A stretch of DNA of 42,680 nt. It comes from Candidatus Hodarchaeota archaeon (GTDB lineage Archaea > Asgardarchaeota > Heimdallarchaeia > Hodarchaeales > Hodarchaeaceae). Both the position numbers and the translations under genes were made by a program. Under the pieces are notes generated by a model, which was not told the DNA's origin, did no database searches, and worked only from the letters and a program-made list of their open reading frames with translations. This document shows, in pieces, positions 27,030 through 37,508 of this stretch. Where the stretch lies: NCBI GenBank assembly GCA_016840035.1, contig JAEOTC010000153.1, positions 1-42,680 on the forward strand, in the 5' to 3' direction. The first letter of the stretch is position 1. Each line of letters opens with the position of its first letter.

Positions 27030-28220
27030 GTGAGTTTTCAAAAACTTTTCAGCTTACATGGTGAACTTGGATATATGGACATGTTTGACTCACAATTTCA
27101 ATTACCACTTCTAATACTTGGCCCTAGAGGATTTGGAAAGTCAGAGCTCTTTTCTTTGTTTATTGAACAATTCGATGATGACTATATCAAGTTTATTCCT
27201 ATAGCATCAGATGGAATAATTTTTCAACAGGATAAACAGGGAAACCGATTAGCATTTAAGACGAAAGGTCAACATATCTCAATTCGTGGTAAAGACAATA
27301 TTGATTGGGATCGAAAGATACCAATTGAAACCGAGTTCCATAAAGATTTTACCATAAGAATTAATGATTTTAATTTTGGAATAATGATTGTTGGATCTTT
27401 AGGATTAGAGGGGCACTCACGACTAGAATACAAAGAACTAGTTCGAGAACGTGGTCATCGCTTAAATTTTCGATCTGGAGTAAATCTCCTCCGAATTGAT
27501 GACTCAGAGCAGTATTTATTTGAACTCATACGTGACATGATTGAGCAGCCTGCCCATTGGAAACAATTAGAAGTTTTTAGGACAGGAAAATTAAGTAGAA
27601 TTGACTCTGAATTCAGGTTAATCCAGAAGATTACTAAATTTCTCCCAAAGCGGATTTTAGAGTTAACACTTCCAGAGGAGGAGAATAAATGGGGCCAATT
27701 ACGTGAAGTCTTCAAAGCGGTAGTAAAAAAGATGGATCGACTGATTATTTCTACCGTGGAATTTCAACTGTCAACGTTGATCCGAAAAGAAACGTTATCC
27801 CTCATTAATCAAATGAAACACGAATGGCGATTTCCTAATGATAAGCAACTTCCAGATCTGTCAGGAATCCCGGAAATCTTTCTAATTAATAAATGGCTAG
27901 AGGATAAAATTGAACGACATGGTCCTGATTCTGACTTACCACTTAAAATCAAACAAAGTATTGAATCTGGCCTTCTTAGTATACAAACAGCTTTTATCGA
28001 AGATCTTGGGTCTGCATTAGAACTTGGAGAGCATATCAGTACCCCTCAGGAGTTACAAAGAAAACTTACAATGCATAGTATTGCTATTGGTGATATGCTG
28101 ACAAGCTTGGCTCAGAAAACACATGAAACAGCCGAATTCATTGATATTGCGACCGAATCGAAAGAAAGTATTGATGCTTTGGATGATTTTTTAGAAGCAG
28201 TAAAGCGGGGAGATATCTAA
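27030..28220 (+). CDS. Divergent P-loop NTPase, possibly a GTPase with large insertions
   Basis: Walker A LLILGPRGFGKS; G4-like IFLINKW and G5-like IATESKESIDAL near the C-terminus. Confidence 0.5.
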   Translation: MSFQKLFSLHGELGYMDMFDSQFQLPLLILGPRGFGKSELFSLFIEQFDDDYIKFIPIASDGIIFQQDKQGNRLAFKTKGQHISIRGKDNIDWDRKIPIETEFHKDFTIRINDFNFGIMIVGSLGLEGHSRLEYKELVRERGHRLNFRSGVNLLRIDDSEQYLFELIRDMIEQPAHWKQLEVFRTGKLSRIDSEFRLIQKITKFLPKRILELTLPEEENKWGQLREVFKAVVKKMDRLIISTVEFQLSTLIRKETLSLINQMKHEWRFPNDKQLPDLSGIPEIFLINKWLEDKIERHGPDSDLPLKIKQSIESGLLSIQTAFIEDLGSALELGEHISTPQELQRKLTMHSIAIGDMLTSLAQKTHETAEFIDIATESKESIDALDDFLEAVKRGDI

Positions 28221-28403
28221 TTTTACCAAACAAAAACTTTAACAAATGAATAGAATCTCACTCATTTGTCATATCTTGGAAAATCTAATGGATAATTCAA
28301 GTTTTCCAATAATATGAAGGTTTGTCCGAAATTTTGAACCATAAATTGAAGATGAAAGTAATGATTCCTCACTGTAGTTAAATGAATAATTAAGGTAATA
28401 ACA

Positions 28404-29639
28404 ATGTTTGATATTAAGAACATAAGAGAAGATTTTCCTGCTCTATTTGAGTTAAAGGATGGGAGACCGATTATCTATTGCGATTCTGCTTGTATGTCCC
28501 TGAAACCAAAACCTGTGATTCAGGCCTTAACTGATTACTATACTAAATTTACCGCCTGTGCTGGTCGTTCACCTCATATGTTTTCTAGGGAAACTACAAA
28601 GCGTTATGAGGCAGCTCGAGAAAAAACTGCAAAATTCATCAACGCTAAGAACTCCTCAGAAGTAGTGTGGACGAAGAATACAACGGAAGCATTAAATCTC
28701 GGAAGTATGATTTTAAAATTGGATGGTACCGAAACTATTATCGCTACCTCAGAATCACATAATTCTAACATTGTTAAATGGATGTTTTTGGAGAATGCAG
28801 GAAAAATAAAGCTCAAAGTTCTTGATGCTGGGGAAACTGGGATTTGTTCATTAGACACCTTTTCAGCAGCAATAGATGAGTGTCAACCAGGAAAATTCTT
28901 AGTAAGTCTTGCTCAAGTGAGTAATGTTACTGCGGGAATGATAGATGTACCTGCTATTGCAAAAATCATTCATGAAAAGGAGGGAATCTTTCAATTAGAC
29001 GCAGCTCAGTCCTTTCCACATCTGTCCGTCGATGTTCAGAAACTAGATGTTGATTTAATGGCAGTATCTATGCACAAAGCATGTGGCCCTTCAGGAATAG
29101 GATTTTTATGGGGAAAATATCACATACTGGAACGTTTACATCCAATGATTTTAGGAGGAGAAACGGTTTCTGATGTAAAAATTCCTAATACCATCAAAAT
29201 GCTACCCCCACCCGCTAAATTCGAAGCAGGATTGCAAAATTATGGTGGAGTTATTGCAGCTGGAGCAGCAATTGATTATCTCGATTCAATTGGAATGGAT
29301 AATGTTCATCAGCATGAAGTAAGACTTAGTAAGGTCATGCTGGAGGGTCTTGAGGAATTTGGCGATAAAATTTCCTATCTTGGTCCGACAAGGGCAGAAG
29401 ATCGCGCAGCACTGGCAGCGATTGATTTAAAGGGGATAAATCCTCATGAGGTAGCTATTTTACTTGATGATATGTACAATATTTTCCTTCGATCTGGTTA
29501 TCACTGTACTCATGCCTTCCATCATTCCCTAGATCTTGATCAAGGTACATTACGTCCTTCATGGTACCTTTATAATACTGAAGAGGAAGTAAAAGTATTT
29601 ATTGAAGCCCTCGGGGAAATTATAGATACTTTAAGTTAA
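28404..29639 (+). CDS. sufS: SufS-type (group II) cysteine desulfurase
   Basis: IREDFP.L, NTTEALN, DAAQS.PH, PLP lysine SMHKACGPSGIG.L.G, FEAG, catalytic RSGYHC, RPS.YLYNT.EE. Confidence 0.88.
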   Translation: MFDIKNIREDFPALFELKDGRPIIYCDSACMSLKPKPVIQALTDYYTKFTACAGRSPHMFSRETTKRYEAAREKTAKFINAKNSSEVVWTKNTTEALNLGSMILKLDGTETIIATSESHNSNIVKWMFLENAGKIKLKVLDAGETGICSLDTFSAAIDECQPGKFLVSLAQVSNVTAGMIDVPAIAKIIHEKEGIFQLDAAQSFPHLSVDVQKLDVDLMAVSMHKACGPSGIGFLWGKYHILERLHPMILGGETVSDVKIPNTIKMLPPPAKFEAGLQNYGGVIAAGAAIDYLDSIGMDNVHQHEVRLSKVMLEGLEEFGDKISYLGPTRAEDRAALAAIDLKGINPHEVAILLDDMYNIFLRSGYHCTHAFHHSLDLDQGTLRPSWYLYNTEEEVKVFIEALGEIIDTLS

Positions 29640-29667
29640 TTTTCAAGTTTAAGGAAAGTGTTTTTAC

Positions 29668-29916
29668 ATGGCTAAAGGGATAGAAAAAACTAAACAATTA
29701 ATTCTCCTACTTCTTCACGATATGGGACCTTCCTCAACCGAAGAGTTAATTGCAGAAGCTGAAACATTAGGAATCGCAGAATGTCGAGATCGTGTTCCTG
29801 GTGCAATAGCTGATCTTAATGGTGAAAGGATGTTAACTAAACAATTATCTAAAGAAAAAAAAGCAATTGTTTGGGATTTATCGGATAAAGTAGATCGATC
29901 GAAACTCGATTTTTAA
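29668..29916 (+). CDS. Small winged-helix-like protein
   Basis: IL..L...GP.STEEL...I..L...ML.K......VW.L pattern; starts 28 bp after sufS. Confidence 0.6.
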   Translation: MAKGIEKTKQLILLLLHDMGPSSTEELIAEAETLGIAECRDRVPGAIADLNGERMLTKQLSKEKKAIVWDLSDKVDRSKLDF

Positions 29917-29939
29917 AGGATAAAACCAAGAAAGAGAGA

Positions 29940-31685
29940 TTATCTCTCTTTTTGTTTTTCCTCATCCCGTAGAGTTCGTCTAAGAACTTTACCGACATTA
30001 GTCATTGGAAGTTCATCTCGGAACTCTAAATAATAGGGAACTTTGTATTTAACAAGGTTTTCTTTGCAATAATCAATGATTTCCTCTTTCGTTGCTTCTT
30101 TTCCCGGTCTAAGGACAACAAATGCCTTAACAGTCTCACCTACTTTTGGATGAGGAACACCAATGACTGCAGCAATAGAAACGGCAGGATGAGCAATTAA
30201 TACTTCTTCTATTTCACGTGGATAGGCTTTAAACCCAGAAACATCAATCATATCCTTTTTCCTATCGGTAATCCATGTGTATCCGTCTTCATCTATCTTT
30301 CCAATGTCCCCGGTCAAGAAAAAACGTTTTCCATCTATCGTTCGCATCACTTCAGCCGTAGCTTCTTCCTTTTTGAAGTAACCCTTCATAATCTGTGGAC
30401 CTGATAGTGCAATTTCCCCTTCCTCATTGGTTGCTAGAGGAGATGTTCCTTTGTCTAAATCGAGGATTAAGACTTCAGTGTCTGGAAAAGGTACACCCAC
30501 TGAACCTGCTTTTTTGAGTGGTTTGCCACCTTCTTCCCATGGAATCATTGGATTTGCACAGGCGATAGGTGACGTTTCAGTTAACCCATATCCTTCTGCA
30601 AGATTTGCTCCTGTTACAGATTCATATTCCTTGAGTACAGCCACAGGCATTGGTGCTGCTCCAGAAACAGATACCATTAAGCTTGATAAATCATACTTAG
30701 CAATATCAGGATGATTTAGTAAAGCTGCGTAAAGAGTAGGAATCGAGCAGAAAATCTCTACTTTGTACTTCTGAATTAAATACAGGAGTTGAGTGAATTT
30801 GTTCTCACGTGGATCCATCATCAAGATTGTATTTCCAGCAAATAAAACACTAACATTCATTGCTGTAGTAGCGCCAAAAGAGTGATAAAATGGCAAACTA
30901 CCCATAACAACGGTTTTACCTGTTTCAGGTCCTGGATCGAGCCAGGTGGCACCTTGTAACACATTTGCATACAGATTTCGGTGAGTCAACATTGCAGCTT
31001 TTGGAGCACCTGTCGTGCCCCCAGTAAACATTAAAACAGCTATATCATCTGGTTTAGGAGGGTCGATTTTTGGTCTATCCTCTGGACTAAATTTTCCATA
31101 AACCTCGTGCATATAGAGATCGCGTTTATCTTTCTTTGATTTTTTACCAATTACTCCTGCTAATACTCCCTTGATTTTTGAAAGATATTGACTAACTGTA
31201 GCAACGACAATAAATTCAAGATCGGTGTTACCTGCATCTCTTACGGTTTTGACTACTTCATATGGTTTTGCTGCAGGTGTGATCATATCTGCGCAGACAA
31301 TACCTTTTGTTCCAGTTTCCTTAAGTTGAAATTCTAATTCTCGTTCTGGATATTGGAAATTCAGACTGACTACAGCCGCACCAGCTTTTAAAATACCATA
31401 GTAAGCAATAACAAATTCGATCATATTTGGTAGGAATACAGCGACACGATCACCAGGATTAATTCCTTTACTAGCTAAGTAGGCAGCAAATTTATCAGTG
31501 GCATCACTAAATTCTTTGTAAGTCATGGTACCAATTTTATCAAAGCTTCCAGTTTCAATTGTTAGTGCAGGAGCATTAGGAAAAGATGCAACAGCACGAT
31601 CCAATAAATCATACAATGGTTTATCTGGATACTCTAAAGATTTTGGCAACAGTGGGTATTTGGGACTATTTTGAGGGTTTACCAT
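29940..31685 (-). CDS. fadD: Long-chain fatty-acid--CoA ligase (FadD-like)
   Basis: FTGGTTGAPK, LPFYHSFG, EGYGLTETSP, GPQIMKGY, TGDIG, DRKKDMI.VSG, YPREIEEVL, GKVLRR. Confidence 0.93.
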   Translation of the reverse strand: MVNPQNSPKYPLLPKSLEYPDKPLYDLLDRAVASFPNAPALTIETGSFDKIGTMTYKEFSDATDKFAAYLASKGINPGDRVAVFLPNMIEFVIAYYGILKAGAAVVSLNFQYPERELEFQLKETGTKGIVCADMITPAAKPYEVVKTVRDAGNTDLEFIVVATVSQYLSKIKGVLAGVIGKKSKKDKRDLYMHEVYGKFSPEDRPKIDPPKPDDIAVLMFTGGTTGAPKAAMLTHRNLYANVLQGATWLDPGPETGKTVVMGSLPFYHSFGATTAMNVSVLFAGNTILMMDPRENKFTQLLYLIQKYKVEIFCSIPTLYAALLNHPDIAKYDLSSLMVSVSGAAPMPVAVLKEYESVTGANLAEGYGLTETSPIACANPMIPWEEGGKPLKKAGSVGVPFPDTEVLILDLDKGTSPLATNEEGEIALSGPQIMKGYFKKEEATAEVMRTIDGKRFFLTGDIGKIDEDGYTWITDRKKDMIDVSGFKAYPREIEEVLIAHPAVSIAAVIGVPHPKVGETVKAFVVLRPGKEATKEEIIDYCKENLVKYKVPYYLEFRDELPMTNVGKVLRRTLRDEEKQKER

Positions 31686-31795
31686 TTATATTCAAACACC
31701 TAAACTTTTCTAAAAACAAATTGTTATAATAGAAACAATTTTTAGCTTATCAGAAGGAGGATTGGATCTTAGTATTTGAACTTTTTCTTCCTAAT

Positions 31796-33307
31796 TTAAT
31801 CTACTAATATTTTCGGTAGACGCCACTGAATCGATTCATTATCAAACATGTCTAGGGTACGTTTTGCTGCGTTGTGAGCAGGTAGTAGCGGAAAAAGTTG
31901 CCATCCTAAATCAGAATGGATTTTTTGTGCCATCACATTTGTTAGGTAAGTGAAAATATAGCTATTATCGACAGTCATAGCAATGCGAGCAGTAGGTAAT
32001 AGCTCTAAAAGTCTTTTGAGTTGATAAAGAGAAATTTTTGGTGCTTTGATCAAATATAAGTCTAACGAATATTCTGCACATAATCGATAAGGAAAAAAGT
32101 CAACAAAGATCGAGTGCTTGCTTATTAATTCCTTTAGTATTTCGAATTCTTTCGACGTATATGTTTCTGTAAGTAGGTCAGAGTAGTCAAAAATATTTTT
32201 TTTGCATACTAGTTCTATTGCTAAAAGTGGATCTTCAAGATTCCTATAAGTCCACTCCTTTTCCCTTCTAGGAGTGATGTATTCAAACTCAATATGTTTT
32301 CTGCGTCTAGGGAGTGTTTTTAGTCGTATTAAGTGAACGAGACCGCTCCAAGCAGACTTATTTAATTCCTTCCATCCAGATTCTACTTGGTATTGAGCCA
32401 AGGAATAAGTCCAATGATTCTCAATGATTTTCGAGATCGAAAAGTCTTGAAGTTCTCCATTCTTCCTTTTTTTCTCTAAATGCGAAATCAAAAGATTTTC
32501 AGACCCATGGGGTAAGTGTAGAAAACCAGTATATTCATTTTCAGTTTGACGAATTGAATAAACGGTTGAAGTTGATATTATGCTTTGTTTTTCTCTCTGA
32601 AAATCAAGGATATCAAGTAATGTGCTTTTACGATTAATTTTAAGATACATAACGAAAGATTCGATACCAAATGCAGAATATTGAGGCCAGACAGTCCATT
32701 TTGCATTCAGCAACGTAAAAAGCTTAGGCAATCTACTCGACAACCTCGGAAATTCATGTTGGTTCAAAAGAACTGATCGCAGTCGTCGAGGTTTGAGAAT
32801 TTGTAAGGGATGGGTTTTTAATAATTCGTACACAGATTTAATAATATCTAGCTCTTGAGATTGTAAGGGAATATGTATCTTTGCACTAGTATATTGTAAT
32901 TCCTCCCATCTGAGGTCACTAAGAGCAATATTATCTTTTAGTAATTGAAATACTCCATCATATTGACCTGTGGTCCCTCTAAGTATGGACAGCAAATAAT
33001 CATAAAAGAAATCGGCATGAAAATCTGATACTCTAAGAGAGATCTCTACATTTTCAAAATAACTGTCCACAAACCAGAAAAATGGGTTACTTAGATAGAG
33101 TTCATGTTCAGTAAAAAATTTACGGGCAAACTGATATCTTTGAGCGAGTTTATTTCGTTTAAAATCAGCTTCATCATTGTATTGCAAAGGTTCGATAAAC
33201 TGATTCAAAAAGATCTGATCTTCGGTTGGATATTTTGTGATGAAATTTGGAAGCTGTTTAGTTATCAATTTAATATAACGTTTCATGTTCTCTCTTCGAG
33301 AAACCAT
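31796..33307 (-). CDS. Hypothetical protein, possibly a degenerate Lrp/AsnC-like multidomain regulator
   Basis: 503-aa ORF with a helical segment followed by PQYSAFGI and beta-rich segments, repeated as FFPY.L...YSL. Family assignment is tentative. Confidence 0.45.
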   Translation of the reverse strand: MVSRRENMKRYIKLITKQLPNFITKYPTEDQIFLNQFIEPLQYNDEADFKRNKLAQRYQFARKFFTEHELYLSNPFFWFVDSYFENVEISLRVSDFHADFFYDYLLSILRGTTGQYDGVFQLLKDNIALSDLRWEELQYTSAKIHIPLQSQELDIIKSVYELLKTHPLQILKPRRLRSVLLNQHEFPRLSSRLPKLFTLLNAKWTVWPQYSAFGIESFVMYLKINRKSTLLDILDFQREKQSIISTSTVYSIRQTENEYTGFLHLPHGSENLLISHLEKKRKNGELQDFSISKIIENHWTYSLAQYQVESGWKELNKSAWSGLVHLIRLKTLPRRRKHIEFEYITPRREKEWTYRNLEDPLLAIELVCKKNIFDYSDLLTETYTSKEFEILKELISKHSIFVDFFPYRLCAEYSLDLYLIKAPKISLYQLKRLLELLPTARIAMTVDNSYIFTYLTNVMAQKIHSDLGWQLFPLLPAHNAAKRTLDMFDNESIQWRLPKILVD

Positions 33308-33407
33308 AAGTCATCAACCAAATTTATTCAGAAGTAAGATCATAGATATAATCGAAGAGTTTTCATATAAACTCTTCTTAAAGAAATCAAAAAAATAATT
33401 AGAAATT

Positions 33408-33926
33408 CTATATCATGTTCTTTACTAGATCTAAGAACGCTTGTTCAACATTCTCTCCAGTAAGAGCGCTAGTATCATAGTGTGTCTGTATATCCTCAAA
33501 ATGACTTATAATAAAAGCATTAACATCGTCTTGGGAGATTGACTTTAATTCAGTTAAATCTACTTTATTACCAATAAGAACAAAAGGAATTTTGTTCGTT
33601 ATAGTCTTGATATCAGAGATCCATGTGTGAAGATTATCTAATGTTGCAGGAACGGTTAAGTCAAAAACTAATAATGCTCCAGAGGCATTCTGAAAGAACT
33701 TTGTACGAAGATTACGAAAGAGCGTTTGACCTGCAATATCCCAAATCTGTAAATTTACTTCTCTATCATCATCTAATTGGACTGCTTTAGAAAATATTTG
33801 TACTCCAATTGTAGCTTTATAATCTGCCGAGAAACCGCCCGTTACAAATCGATTTATAAGAGTAGTCTTGCCTACTGCACCCTCGCCAGCGAGAACTACC
33901 TTATATTTTCGTGTATCTTCGGCCAT
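33408..33926 (-). CDS. Rab-like small GTPase
   Basis: KVVLAGEGAVGKTT (G1), YKATIG (G2), LQIWDIAGQ (G3), GNKVD (G4), TSALTG (G5). Probable ATG at 33926. Confidence 0.95.
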   Translation of the reverse strand: MAEDTRKYKVVLAGEGAVGKTTLINRFVTGGFSADYKATIGVQIFSKAVQLDDDREVNLQIWDIAGQTLFRNLRTKFFQNASGALLVFDLTVPATLDNLHTWISDIKTITNKIPFVLIGNKVDLTELKSISQDDVNAFIISHFEDIQTHYDTSALTGENVEQAFLDLVKNMI

Positions 33927-34216
33927 GGCTATCTCTCCACGTTCCACTAAATTAGAGTCTATTGTGAGTAGTTTGACTAATAATTGTTAAATTTATTTCC
34001 TTTACTATTAAGACTCCAAGGAACCTAAGATTTAAAGTAATTCTAGATAATTTAACCTATGATACACATTTCCAACCGAACACAAGTCTCTCGCTTTAGC
34101 TATCTTTGTCTTTAATTAATGATATCGCCTTAAGGGAATCTTGAAGAAACCTTTCTCTTAATGGAAAAGAAATTATCAAATAAAAACGAAAATAAATTCA
34201 AATTTGGTTTAAAAGT

Positions 34217-34972
34217 TCATATCCCCTTAGACAATCTTTCGCCCAAGAATTCAGGTAATCCAGCTTTGACTATTTGAGTGTTAACCTTATCAACATCGTA
34301 ATCTACACGAATGATTTCCGCTTCCATGTTTTTAAGATCAATAACTGCGTAAGATGCGCGAGGATCTTTATCTCTTGGCTGTCCAACGCTTCCTGGATTA
34401 ATCATCAATAGCTCTTTCTCATCGGCTGTTGCCTTATCAATAAACGGGATATGAGTATGTCCAAGAAGTAAAATATTGATCTCAATCAGTTGCATGAAAG
34501 GAAATAAAGCCATTTGTGCAGGAGTCTTTGGAAGAATATATTCGTCCAAGGGAAAATTAGGAGAACCATGGATTATGCCAATCTGGGCTTTTGGTTCTGA
34601 ATGATGAAGACATGTCCGAGTATGAGGAAGCTGATAAAGGAAAGTCTTTAGCTCTTCAGAAAGAATTGAAACCTGCCATCTGATTGCAATCTGCGCTAGA
34701 GGATTAAATTTTGCAACATACGTGTCAATATTTTTTAGATCACGTCCTCCTCCCCCTATTGCGTGATCATGGTTGCCTTTAGTAATAGCTAGAATTTGTT
34801 GATTATTAACGATTGCTTCGATAACCTCACGGGGTTTGGGTCCATAACCTACAAGATCACCGGGGCATAATATTTCCGCAATGTCAGGAAAGTTTACTCT
34901 CATATGATCCATTACAGCCTCATAGGCCTCTAGATTCGCATGGATATCTGAAATGACAGCTAGCGTATACAA
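34217..34972 (-). CDS. Metallophosphoesterase (YfcE/PPP-like)
   Basis: ISDIHANL, GDLVGYGP, GNHD, HGSP, GHTH.P, NPGSVGQPRD.DPRASY. Confidence 0.92.
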   Translation of the reverse strand: MYTLAVISDIHANLEAYEAVMDHMRVNFPDIAEILCPGDLVGYGPKPREVIEAIVNNQQILAITKGNHDHAIGGGGRDLKNIDTYVAKFNPLAQIAIRWQVSILSEELKTFLYQLPHTRTCLHHSEPKAQIGIIHGSPNFPLDEYILPKTPAQMALFPFMQLIEINILLLGHTHIPFIDKATADEKELLMINPGSVGQPRDKDPRASYAVIDLKNMEAEIIRVDYDVDKVNTQIVKAGLPEFLGERLSKGI

Positions 34973-35132
34973 TGACTGACCTTCTATCGTAGATGGACTA
35001 ATTTTTGGTGAATGCTTATAACTTCTTTGAAAGATATATGGGCGTTTAAGTTTACTCGTTTAAGAGGTTTTTTAAATACTGGTGTATAACTATCAGATAA
35101 TTTCACAAAACCGGAGTATTTTTATCGAGTAG

Positions 35133-35663
35133 GTGGGTAAGATGCCTTTTACACCTTTTCACTGGGGTTTATCCCTTTTAATTCAATCAATTGCAATATT
35201 CTTGGATCCACTTGGTCTATTTGCTGGTAGTGTCATCAATGATATAGAAGGTGTTTATTCTTTACTTTTCCCTGATTCTGGAGTTCCTTTACACGGTTTT
35301 TTTCATTCATTTGTAGGTGCTTTGATTCTAGGCTTCATTGTTGGTGTTTCTTCCTTTTTGATTCACAAAAGCATTCGCCGAATTGACATAAAATTTGATA
35401 ACCCAACCCCGTTTACTCTTCCCAAATATTCTCTAAAAATATGCGTTTTAAGCGCTTTAGTTGGAACCTTTTCTCATGTTCTTCTTGATGCTTTCGTTTA
35501 TGAAGATCTGCAGCTTTTTTATATCATTCCAAGCGAAAATCCTCTACTTCATCTATTACCAGTTGAAATTGTTTACTTTCTCTGTGTTGTTTGTTTTATT
35601 CTTGGTGGGGTGATTTTGGCAGGCCGCTATCGTGCCTATCTTACAGATGACGAATTGGTTTAA
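35133..35663 (+). CDS. Membrane-bound metal-dependent hydrolase (YdjM/DUF4184-like)
   Basis: MPFTPFH, DIE, LHGFFHSF, SHVLLD with TM segments. Confidence 0.8.
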   Translation: MGKMPFTPFHWGLSLLIQSIAIFLDPLGLFAGSVINDIEGVYSLLFPDSGVPLHGFFHSFVGALILGFIVGVSSFLIHKSIRRIDIKFDNPTPFTLPKYSLKICVLSALVGTFSHVLLDAFVYEDLQLFYIIPSENPLLHLLPVEIVYFLCVVCFILGGVILAGRYRAYLTDDELV

Positions 35664-35678
35664 TTTTTACATAATTCA

Positions 35679-36677
35679 CTAGGTAACTGCTTTTACCAGT
35701 AGTAACAAAACCCCTGAAAAAATAGCGGAAGCGGGAGTAGTTATAATCCAACTAATGCCGATTTCCTTCAAGGAGGCCATATCTACGCTCTCTTGATTGA
35801 CAAAACCTACACCAATGAAAGCAGCCACTAATATGTGACTTCCACTTAAAGGCATTGCCATTACTGTTCCGACAAACATTATAATGGATACAGAAACACT
35901 TGCAGCCAGAGCAGAAGTAGGGGATAGGGCAACAATATCTTTAGCTAATTTCTTAACAACACGACGACCTAAAATAATGACTCCAAGACACATTCCCACA
36001 CCTCCTGCAAGAAGTGCAACAAATGGATCATCAGCAATTTCAGGTAAAGCCATTAATGGGCCGATAGCTTTGGCAACATCATTCCCTGACCGACTAAATA
36101 CCGAGAAGAGGAGAAAGAATGCAAGAGCATATGCTGCATACTTTTCTTGTCGTTCGTAATCGGAGTATCCTGTCCGTTTAAGAGATTTTTGGAATGATTG
36201 GATTAGTCTATAGAATAAGTACCCTCCTGCAAGTCCTAAAACTGGACTAACAATCCAACTAAGTACAACTATAGATACTGTATCAAATCGTATTGCAGAA
36301 ATATCATATTCAAGAATTGCAATTCCTAACACACTACCTACTATTGATTGGGTTGTACTTATCGGAATTCCTTTCATGGAAACTATCAGAAGCCAAGCTG
36401 CCATCGAAATTAGAATAATAAACACCATTGGTAGGGTCAAGGGATATTCAGGATATGTAAAATTATTCCCAACAGTTTTTGCGACACTTTCACCTAAAAA
36501 GAATACCCCTATAAGATTGAAAACTCCACCTATGACTACTGCTGCACCTAAACCAAGTAAGCCTGCTCCAACGGCTGGTGTCATTGTCTCATCATTTGCA
36601 CCTATAGTAAAAGCTACAAATAACCCGATACCTATAGCTAAGGTAAGAACAGCTGGATCTGTGGTCAGTACTAACAC
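35679..36677 (-). CDS. PiT family inorganic phosphate transporter
   Basis: IGAND, G.PISTTQSIVG, SW..SP, GNDVA..IGP, MPLSGSH, W..T.P. Confidence 0.9.
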   Translation of the reverse strand: MLVLTTDPAVLTLAIGIGLFVAFTIGANDETMTPAVGAGLLGLGAAVVIGGVFNLIGVFFLGESVAKTVGNNFTYPEYPLTLPMVFIILISMAAWLLIVSMKGIPISTTQSIVGSVLGIAILEYDISAIRFDTVSIVVLSWIVSPVLGLAGGYLFYRLIQSFQKSLKRTGYSDYERQEKYAAYALAFFLLFSVFSRSGNDVAKAIGPLMALPEIADDPFVALLAGGVGMCLGVIILGRRVVKKLAKDIVALSPTSALAASVSVSIIMFVGTVMAMPLSGSHILVAAFIGVGFVNQESVDMASLKEIGISWIITTPASAIFSGVLLLLVKAVT

Positions 36678-36688
36678 CTTGAGTTTTT

Positions 36689-37342
36689 TTAACTATGTTT
36701 GGCTATGAGTACTTTGAGGTAATCAATACCTTCTTCAGCACGAATGCTTATCCGAGTAGTATCATTTAGTAATCTGCGTGTTCCCCGCGGAAATTCATCA
36801 TTGAGAACTTTTTCTAATGCACGATAATACAAATCCCGAACCTCATCACGTGTCTTTTCTAATTTTCGTGCTTTCTTAGCTGCTTTTTCATAATCATCAA
36901 AAAATGCTTTATGTGCTTCTATATATAATTCAATGACATCCTCTGTTTTTTCTAATATTTCATCATACTCTGAGGGAAAATAACTGTCATCAATCTTCTT
37001 TAAACAAAGAACTCTAGCAGCTCGTTCAATACAATCCAAAACCACGTCTGCATTAAGCATTAATTTGTGCCTTTCCTCAGTAATTTGAGGAAGATAGGCC
37101 TTCTTTCTAAAAATGCTTTCAAAGAATACGTCCTTAACTAGGTCAGCATCTTTCTCGAGTGCAATAATTTCATCTCGTAGTTTGTATCCTTTCTCATAGT
37201 CTTTCTCTCTCCATGCAAAAATTGCTTTTTCGAAAATTTTAAATGCTTCTTCTATTGATTCTACAAGTTCTAGGAAGAGTTCTGTGCCTCTCTTATGGAT
37301 ATCTTTTTCACCCAGAATTTTAGAAAAGTATTCGCCTGGCAT
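36689..37342 (-). CDS. DUF47/PhoU-like phosphate transport regulator
   Basis: Helical, with LEKDAD..K and LEK.RD repeats; directly upstream of PiT. Confidence 0.85.
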   Translation of the reverse strand: MPGEYFSKILGEKDIHKRGTELFLELVESIEEAFKIFEKAIFAWREKDYEKGYKLRDEIIALEKDADLVKDVFFESIFRKKAYLPQITEERHKLMLNADVVLDCIERAARVLCLKKIDDSYFPSEYDEILEKTEDVIELYIEAHKAFFDDYEKAAKKARKLEKTRDEVRDLYYRALEKVLNDEFPRGTRRLLNDTTRISIRAEEGIDYLKVLIAKHS

Positions 37343-37508
37343 TATAAATCACCTTTATCTTTCCAGATATTTTTCTTAGTGGTTTTTTTAATCTTTGGGA
37401 AACAGATTATTTGAACGCGTTATTCGATCGGGAGGAATGATTAAATACTAATCATATTGAATTGTTTTCTCCCCCGTAATGGACTGAAAAACATAACAAT
37501 TTTTACTT

